Positions 58,201 through 64,000 of a stretch of 64,000 nt of DNA are shown one piece after another. The stretch is from Coleofasciculus sp. B1-GNL1-01. Lineage in GTDB: Bacteria > Cyanobacteriota > Cyanobacteriia > Cyanobacteriales > Coleofasciculaceae. Both the position numbers and the translations under genes were made by a program. The notes beneath the pieces are model-generated. The model did no database searches, was not told the DNA's origin, and saw nothing but the letters and a program-made list of their open reading frames with translations. Where the stretch lies: assembly GCA_040220235.1 (NCBI GenBank), contig JAVJTO010000024.1. One strand, given 5' to 3'. The number at the start of each line of letters is the position of its first letter. Position 1 is the first letter of the stretch.

Positions 58201-61200
58201 TGTCGGTATTGTGTCTCGGATTGAACAAGGGCGCTGTTTGGTGATTGCGGCTCAAGTTCCGCCTAAATCACCTCGACAGGTGCAGGCGGGAGATACATTT
58301 GAATTAGGACAGACCATTTGCAGCGAAACGATTCACGCCAAGGAACCGATCGCGTTCGAGTCGGCTGAAGATACAGAATGGGCAAATCATCCAGCCTGTC
58401 TCACGTTTGGAATTAAATCCTATCTGGGTACGAGTGTCAAGGTAGCGGGAAATGTTTATGGGGCGCTGTGCTTTTTAAGTCTCGATCAACGTCCCACCCC
58501 CCTCGCCACCAACAATCGCTCGGCGTCTCCTCAACTGCTCAAACTCATGGCACAGTGGGTGGGTCATGAGATCGAACGTCAACAAGCCAGAACCTTATTA
58601 GAGCAGCAATTACAACAGATGTTGTTGCTCAAACAAATTACCCAAGAAATTCGCCAAAGCTTAGACAGTAAGCATATTTTTCAGACGGCGGCGACGCAAG
58701 TGGGTCAGGTTTTCGGTGTAAATCGTTGTCTGATTCATACCTATTTGGCAAAGCCTTGTCCGCAAATTCCGTTGGTGGCTGAGTATCTAGAACCCGGTTA
58801 TAAGTCAACCCGACAGCAAACGATTCCCGTTGTGGGCAATCCTCACGCCCAAGCGGTGCTGGTGCAAGACCAAGCCGTAAGTTCCGAGAATGTTTATGCT
58901 GATCCGCGACTGGAGGGGGCGAATCAACTTTGTCGTCAGATTGGTCTGAAATCCATGCTTTCGGTGCGGACTTCCTATCAGGAGCAGACCAATGGTATTA
59001 TTTGCCTGCATCAATGCGATCGCTTCCGTCAGTGGAGTAATGATGAAATTGAACTGTTAGAAGCGGTGGCGGCGCAAGTTGGGATTGCTTTAGCTCAAGC
59101 TCAACTCTTAGAACAGGAAAAGCAACGGCGGGAAGAACTGACACTCAAGAACCTCGCCCTACATAAAGCGAAACGGGAAGCCGAAGTCGCTAATCGGGCA
59201 AAAAGTGAGTTTCTGGCAATGATGAGCCATGAAATCCGCACGCCGATGAATGCGGTGATTGGTATGGCTGGGTTGTTGTTGGATACTGAGTTGACGTCCC
59301 AACAGCAAGACTTTGCTAATACGATTAGTAGCAGTGGCGAAGCGTTGCTGACGATTATTAATGATATTCTGGACTTCTCGAAAATAGAATCCGGAAAATT
59401 GGAGTTAGAGGAACACCCCTTTGATGTGCATGTTTGTATTGAGGAAGCGTTGGATTTAGTTGCCTCTCAAACGGCGGCGAAGGGATTGGAACTTGCTTAT
59501 TTAATTGAACCCCAAACACCGACCAATGTGGTGGGTGATATTACCCGCCTGCGACAGATTCTGGTGAATTTACTGAGTAATGCGGTGAAGTTTACGGAAC
59601 AGGGGGAAGTGGTGGTATCGGTGATGAGTCGAGCGTTGTCTGGGGAAGCTGGGGGAGCAGAGGGAGCAGAGGGAGCAGAGGGAGCAGAGGGAGCAGAGGG
59701 AGCAGAGGGAGCAGGGGGAGCTGGGGGAGCTGTTCCGGTGGAACGCCTGGAAGCCGAAGAAACCTACGAACTGCAATTTACGGTCAGAGATACGGGAATT
59801 GGCATTCCCCGCGATCGCATGAATCGGTTGTTTAAACCATTCTCTCAGGTGGATGCGTCGATGACCCGCAATTATGGTGGGACAGGATTGGGTTTAGCGA
59901 TTAGTAAGCGCTTGAGTGAACGGATGGGCGGGCGCTTGTGGGCAGAAAGTGAGGTAGGGAAAGGTTCGACGTTTTATTTCACGATTGTAGTGAAATCAGA
60001 CCCCAATTCGGTCACGGCGGAGTTGGATGCACCCCAACCGGAGTTACGGGGAAAACGGTTACTGGTAGTGGATGATAATGCCACGAATCGGCAGATTATC
60101 ACCCTACAGGCGCAGTCGTGGGGAATGGAGGTGACAACAGCCGCATCAGGAGCGCAAGCGCTAAACTGGTTAGCCGACTCGGAACCTTTTGATCTGGTGG
60201 TTTTGGATTGGCAAATGCCAGAAATGGATGGTTTGACCTTAGCGTTACAAATCCAGGCGTTACCGAATAATGAACAACTCCCCTTGGTCATGCTCAGTTC
60301 TGTGGGTCGGCAAACCCCCTATCAACCCGATGATCTGCCCAACTTTGCGGCATTTCTGACCAAGCCGATTAAGCAATCCCAGCTTTATAATATTTTTGTG
60401 GCAATTTTAGGACGTAGGCGGATTTCGGTGCGTCCGGGCGATCGCTCATCGGGACTGCTTGAAGCTCAGTTTGCCCAGAGGTTACCATTAAGCATTCTGC
60501 TAGTCGAAGATGTGGCGGTCAATCAAAAGGTAGCTCGCCAGATGTTGCAGCGCTTAGGATATCGCGCAGATGTGGCGAACAATGGACAAGAGGCGCTGGA
60601 ATCCCTGCGTCGTAAGTCCTATCAAGTTGTTTTCATGGATGTGCAGATGCCTGAAATGGACGGATTGGAGGCAACTCGCCGCATCCGGGCTGAATGGTCG
60701 TCAGCTTGCCAACCCTGGATTATTGCCATGACGGCTCATGCGATGCAGGGAGACCGAGAACAATGTTTGCAAGTGGGCATGAATGACTATATCAGTAAAC
60801 CGATTCGACCGGAAGCCCTGGTTCAAGCCTTAACCACGTATGCTCAAGTGCTGGCTCAAGAGGGCAGAGATAGCATACGGGATCATTCAGATGAGGACGT
60901 ATCTGTGCCAGAAATAACCTCAGACTCCAGTGTTACCCCTGCTTTAGATCGGCAAGTGCTGCAAGATTTAAGAGAAATTGCCGGAGATGATTATGAGGGG
61001 TTAATCGCGGAAGTGATTGACAGTTATCTGGAAGACTCCCCACCTAGGGTACAAGCGATTCGGAGTGCGATCGCTCATGATGATGGTAGTGCTTTGCACC
61101 AATCTGCCCATGCATTGAAATCATCGAGTCTAACGATTGGAGCAAAGGGTTTGGCGCAACTGTGTGCTGAGTTAGAAGCGTTGGGTCGCACGGGAAACCT

Positions 61201-61291
61201 AGAGCCAGCTTCTACCCTGATTTCCCGGTTTAATGCGGAGTATGAGCGAGTTGTCACTGCGTTGCAACAAGAGCATCCGAGGAAACTATGA
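55271..61291 (+). CDS. Hybrid sensor histidine kinase: TM, ~7 PAS (one LOV), 2 GAF, HisKA, HATPase, 2 REC, Hpt
   Basis: [12 protein letters not shown] motif; [32 protein letters not shown]; two REC domains; AHALKSSS Hpt. Confidence 0.95.
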   Translation: MFPFFNRLLIDGLIHWCNVAGWLFDFSPIRPVLIYGGVFAVMGLLAIGLVGLRQTRRKRNATAFANSPEQLTKTIPTDFALLFQAIPQAVVVTDTDGFIVKVNSAFNQLFGYQPEALVGQPLSQLYANPEEFDPQTMNPDSADFNQSKVINYQRQTGNSFSSETLNSVVKDRDGNVVGILWLIRDISDRQQTELALQASDERLNLLIDGIKDYAIYLLDTEGKIVSWNAGAQRLKGYSASEIIGQSYQCFFLKDDQESGKPEQSLKIAAETGRFEDEGWRIRRDGSQFWCTTIITALRDETGYLRGFAKVTRNITESKQTEVRLQLLERAIAASSNGILITDPNVPDNPIIFVNPGFERITGYSAQEVLGKNCRFLQGDNQQQPGLDKLKAALKNEQDCHVILQNTRKDGTRFWNELSISPIRDHNGKLTHYIGIQTDISERRQAEQERDRIFDLSVDMLCIAGFDGYFRRLNPAWEKTLGWSEAELLAQPYLELVHPDDHAATLAEAEQLTRGKDSIAFENRYRCRDGSYRWLLWNAKALVEEGLIYCVAHDVTERKQAEAALRESEARFRAMADSAPVLLWVAGTDGRCTFFNRPWLDFTGRRLEDELGEGWLEAVHPEDKENCRQTYTHAFNRRQAFRMEYRLRRADGEYRWFLDTGVPRFGTDGSFLGYIGSCIDITDVKESQAALEYSQSLLSGVLNSSLDGVMAFEAVRDRQGTIIDFKWLLVNPAAERMVGRTSEELIGKQLLMEMPGNRQEGLFDFYVQVTETGIPLEREFHYHHEGIQAWFQIAAVKLGDGFAVTFGNITHRKQAEDALYQKNSELQAIFNALPDLYFRLSQDGTILDYQATNRGELYVPPEQFLGQPVHNVLPADVSDKIQGAIAQVIQRQSPVSLDYSLSLETGEQNYEARLVPFLDNQIIGIIRNITERKQIEQQQRQDEAAIRALYRVAAAPKLTFEQRLQGLLALGRRHFGHDVGIVSRIEQGRCLVIAAQVPPKSPRQVQAGDTFELGQTICSETIHAKEPIAFESAEDTEWANHPACLTFGIKSYLGTSVKVAGNVYGALCFLSLDQRPTPLATNNRSASPQLLKLMAQWVGHEIERQQARTLLEQQLQQMLLLKQITQEIRQSLDSKHIFQTAATQVGQVFGVNRCLIHTYLAKPCPQIPLVAEYLEPGYKSTRQQTIPVVGNPHAQAVLVQDQAVSSENVYADPRLEGANQLCRQIGLKSMLSVRTSYQEQTNGIICLHQCDRFRQWSNDEIELLEAVAAQVGIALAQAQLLEQEKQRREELTLKNLALHKAKREAEVANRAKSEFLAMMSHEIRTPMNAVIGMAGLLLDTELTSQQQDFANTISSSGEALLTIINDILDFSKIESGKLELEEHPFDVHVCIEEALDLVASQTAAKGLELAYLIEPQTPTNVVGDITRLRQILVNLLSNAVKFTEQGEVVVSVMSRALSGEAGGAEGAEGAEGAEGAEGAEGAGGAGGAVPVERLEAEETYELQFTVRDTGIGIPRDRMNRLFKPFSQVDASMTRNYGGTGLGLAISKRLSERMGGRLWAESEVGKGSTFYFTIVVKSDPNSVTAELDAPQPELRGKRLLVVDDNATNRQIITLQAQSWGMEVTTAASGAQALNWLADSEPFDLVVLDWQMPEMDGLTLALQIQALPNNEQLPLVMLSSVGRQTPYQPDDLPNFAAFLTKPIKQSQLYNIFVAILGRRRISVRPGDRSSGLLEAQFAQRLPLSILLVEDVAVNQKVARQMLQRLGYRADVANNGQEALESLRRKSYQVVFMDVQMPEMDGLEATRRIRAEWSSACQPWIIAMTAHAMQGDREQCLQVGMNDYISKPIRPEALVQALTTYAQVLAQEGRDSIRDHSDEDVSVPEITSDSSVTPALDRQVLQDLREIAGDDYEGLIAEVIDSYLEDSPPRVQAIRSAIAHDDGSALHQSAHALKSSSLTIGAKGLAQLCAELEALGRTGNLEPASTLISRFNAEYERVVTALQQEHPRKL

Positions 61292-62286
61292 TGAATGAGC
61301 CTGACTTTCAGCGTGACCCTCCCCTGATTTTGATTGTGGATGATGAAAAGACCCTACGCCTGGTGCTGCGTCGGGCGATGGAACAGGAAGGATATCGGGT
61401 CTCAGAAGTGGGGGATGGGCATCAATGTCTGGCGTTTTGCACCGAACAGTTACCCGATATTATTTTGTTGGATGCGATGATGCCTGTGATGGATGGGTTT
61501 ACCTGTTGCGCTCGGTTACAGGAACGATTTGGTCAGAAATGCCCACCTATTTTGATGATTACAGGACTTAATAATCAGGAATCCGTAGACCGAGCCTTTG
61601 AAGCAGGCGCTACAGACTATATCACGAAACCGATTCATTGGGCGGTGCTGCGGCAACGAGTGCGGCGGTTACTGCATACGCATTGGGTGATGGCGGAGTT
61701 ACACCGCAAAATTGAGCAAGAACGGGTGCTGAAGGCGAAGTTAGAGGAAATGAATCAAGAGTTGCAACGGTTGGTTGATTTGGATGGGTTGACTCAGATT
61801 GCCAATCGTCGGGCGTTTGATGAGGCGTTGCAGCAGGAGTGGAAACGATTGGCGCGGGAACAATCACCTCTGTCGTTAATTTTGTGTGATATTGATTTTT
61901 TTAAGGCATATAACGATACCTATGGACATCAAGCGGGAGATGAGTGTCTTAAACAAGTTGCTAATATTTTGCGTAAAGCGGCAAAGCGTCCAGCGGATGT
62001 GGTAGCGCGGTATGGGGGTGAGGAATTTGTGGTGATTTTACCGAATACCTCCCTCAGAGGTGCGATGCAGGTAGCAGAATCGATTCGCTCGAAACTGAAG
62101 TCGCGGGCGATTGTCCATGAGGGATCTGGGGTGAGTAAATTTGTCACCTTAAGTTGTGGTGTAGCTGGAGTAATTCCGCCGCCAAGAACGACTCCAGAGC
62201 GGCTAATTGCGGAGGCAGATCAAGCGCTGTATAAGGCAAAGGTGCAAGGGCGCGATCGCGTGGTGGGGAATTTGGTTGAGGTTTGA
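61288..62286 (+). CDS. PleD-like REC-GGDEF diguanylate cyclase
   Basis: REC (IVDD, LDAMMP, TKP); [21 protein letters not shown]-site, [12 protein letters not shown] overlap with the kinase stop. Confidence 0.95.
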   Translation: MMNEPDFQRDPPLILIVDDEKTLRLVLRRAMEQEGYRVSEVGDGHQCLAFCTEQLPDIILLDAMMPVMDGFTCCARLQERFGQKCPPILMITGLNNQESVDRAFEAGATDYITKPIHWAVLRQRVRRLLHTHWVMAELHRKIEQERVLKAKLEEMNQELQRLVDLDGLTQIANRRAFDEALQQEWKRLAREQSPLSLILCDIDFFKAYNDTYGHQAGDECLKQVANILRKAAKRPADVVARYGGEEFVVILPNTSLRGAMQVAESIRSKLKSRAIVHEGSGVSKFVTLSCGVAGVIPPPRTTPERLIAEADQALYKAKVQGRDRVVGNLVEV

Positions 62287-62491
62287 TTGTTATTGGTCAT
62301 TTGTCATTTGTCATTTGTCATAAGTAGTCGGACAAAAGAAAACGGTGCTGTATTCAGAAGACGGGTTTGACCAATACAGTGAGCGATTGGAGAATTATCG
62401 GTTATCCAAACAACCCATGCCCGACAAGAATTAGCAGTATCCTCTAAGAAGTCGGGCATCTATCTGTGTACCTCACAGCTTATCAACAACA

Positions 62492-62519
62492 GTAGGGACA
62501 CGACATGCCGTGTCCCTAC
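62492..62519. repeat. GTAG-type REP palindrome
   Basis: GTAGGGACACGACATGCCGTGTCCCTAC; related to GTAGGGGCACGGCATTGCCGTGCC at ~30005. Confidence 0.7.
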
Positions 62520-62555
62520 TCTGAATCTATGGATATGTTCTAACTTAATAACGTT

Positions 62556-62735
62556 TTAACGATGAGCATAAAGTCCTGGTGCATAGGCTTCTAACACTTT
62601 GCCTGTGCGGAAGCAATTGATCATCAAGTAATCACAGGTTGGACATTGAGTATTAGATAAATTCGTTTTAAAACAGTATTCTCGTTGAGCGAGACTCCCA
62701 CAATTTGGACAATGGATTTCTTGTTTTATCTGCAT
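62556..62735 (-). CDS. Small zinc-ribbon protein
   Basis: CPNCG...CPTCDYL; conserved-looking tail GKVLEAYAPG. Confidence 0.75.
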   Translation of the reverse strand: MQIKQEIHCPNCGSLAQREYCFKTNLSNTQCPTCDYLMINCFRTGKVLEAYAPGLYAHR

Positions 62736-62979
62736 TTTGTAACTGGTTTTATGACAAAAAAGAATTGAACGTAACAACTTTAATTAAGTTTCCATGATTA
62801 AATTATGCCAAAGATTTAAACCAAATTTTGCTTTCTTAATATTTCCTTAATCTTTATTTAATCTTTATATTTGGCTATTGGATTCTACCGTTGCCGATGC
62901 AGACAGACCCATCTATCGGGCGAGGGAGGTTGTTTCGTCAAATGTTAAGAATAGTAAATAGAACCAGGATGGACTCAAG

Positions 62980-64000
62980 ATGAAAATCTTCTTAACCATG
63001 GAAGCGCAACAACGCAGGAACCTACTCGCTCTATTCGCGGCGGGTCTTCTGTTTTGGTCAAGTTTAGCTTCGATGCTACCAGCATTACCCCCTTACATTG
63101 AAGACATGGGGGGAACAACGCAGCAAGTCGGGATGGTGATGGGCGGCTTTGCGATCGGGTTGTTGATGTTTCGACAACGGTTAGGACATTTAGCCGATCA
63201 ACATAGCCGTAAACTGGTAATCCTGATTGGTACGATTGTGGTGGCGATCGCACCGTTAGGGTATTTGTTCGCGGATTCGATTGCCTGGTTAATGGCAATC
63301 CGGGTCTTTCACGGGATTGGTTTAGCGGCATTTACGACAGGCTATATCGCCTTGGTGACCGATTTGTCACCCGTAGGTCAACGAGGAGAGTTAATTGGCT
63401 ATATGAGTCTGGTGACGCCCTTGGGTATGGGATTAGGTCCAGCCTTGGGGGGATTGCTGGAGGCTCAAGCGGGTTACACCGCGTTTTTTCTATTTTCTGG
63501 GGGGCTGGGTTTATTCGCGTTTGTTTGTGCTAGCCAGGTGAGGGAACCTGAGCGAATCCAGGGAGCAAAATCGAACACAGCTAAACTGACATTCAAAGGA
63601 TTCTGGCAGCTATTGGTGAGTCCCCGGCTGAGGATTCCGGCTGTGGTATTGCTTTTGGCTGGGTTGGCGTTTGGTGGGGTGAGTACATTTGCGGCGTTGT
63701 ATATCCGAGCCACAAATGTCGATTTAAATCCGGGCTGGTTTTTCACGGCGGTGGCGATAGGGAGTTTCGGGATGCGTTTAATCGCGGGGCGGGCGTCTGA
63801 TCGGTATGGGCGAGGTGTGTTTATTACCGGGAGTCTGATTGGCTATGGATTTGCCTTAACCCTGTTTTCTCAAGCGCAAACCCCACAAGCCTTTTTGCTG
63901 ATTGGTTTAATTCAAGGATCAGGAGCGGGGATTTTATTACCCTTGATGATCGCCTTAATTTCCGATCGCTCCGGCGCCCATGAACGTGGGCGCGTGTTCT
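62980..64000 (+). CDS. MFS transporter, truncated by the window end (absent from the ORF track)
   Basis: MKIFLTMEAQQRRNLLALFAAGLLFW..., GHLADQHSRK and GRASDRYGRG motif-A copies. Confidence 0.9.
   Translation, partial: MKIFLTMEAQQRRNLLALFAAGLLFWSSLASMLPALPPYIEDMGGTTQQVGMVMGGFAIGLLMFRQRLGHLADQHSRKLVILIGTIVVAIAPLGYLFADSIAWLMAIRVFHGIGLAAFTTGYIALVTDLSPVGQRGELIGYMSLVTPLGMGLGPALGGLLEAQAGYTAFFLFSGGLGLFAFVCASQVREPERIQGAKSNTAKLTFKGFWQLLVSPRLRIPAVVLLLAGLAFGGVSTFAALYIRATNVDLNPGWFFTAVAIGSFGMRLIAGRASDRYGRGVFITGSLIGYGFALTLFSQAQTPQAFLLIGLIQGSGAGILLPLMIALISDRSGAHERGRVF

Noticed and set aside
62975..63746. Minus-strand ORFs 62975-63331 and 63474-63746
   Set aside because: Antisense to the plus-strand MFS gene that runs off the window end

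Overview
Chromosomal window from a filamentous cyanobacterium. The basis is many HIP1 GCGATCGC octamers, STRR-type heptamer tracts and typical cyanobacterial genes; a Coleofasciculus/Microcoleus-like origin is my inference. Housekeeping and signalling genes include recN, an ABC1/UbiB kinase, two RRM proteins, gcvT, a PLP aminotransferase, ycf51, rpsU, bolA-grx4, infC, gdhA, a CyaB1-type adenylate cyclase, a CHASE2-Ser/Thr kinase, and a LOV-containing hybrid histidine kinase coupled to a PleD-like diguanylate cyclase. Five accessory modules stand out. (1) A three-gene cassette: a TPR-CHAT caspase-like protease with 16 near-identical but groove-variable 102-bp repeats, a small helical protein, and a CorA-like 2-TM protein (candidate undescribed proteolytic defence/cell-death system). 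(2) An oxidative cluster: heme peroxidase, secreted copper-radical oxidase and DyP-LamG fusion, followed by a cysteine dioxygenase and an NPPF methyltransferase. (3) A collapsed hsdR relic interrupted by a MITE, next to xisH/xisI. (4) An Acb2/Tad1-like small protein downstream of rpsU. (5) A REP-associated tyrosine transposase between ~170-bp direct repeats. There are several TA-flanked MITE families (one nested), GTAG-type REPs, and repeats captured in frame inside proteins. No rRNA, tRNA or CRISPR array was recognised. All functional calls come from motifs recognised by eye; no database search was run.
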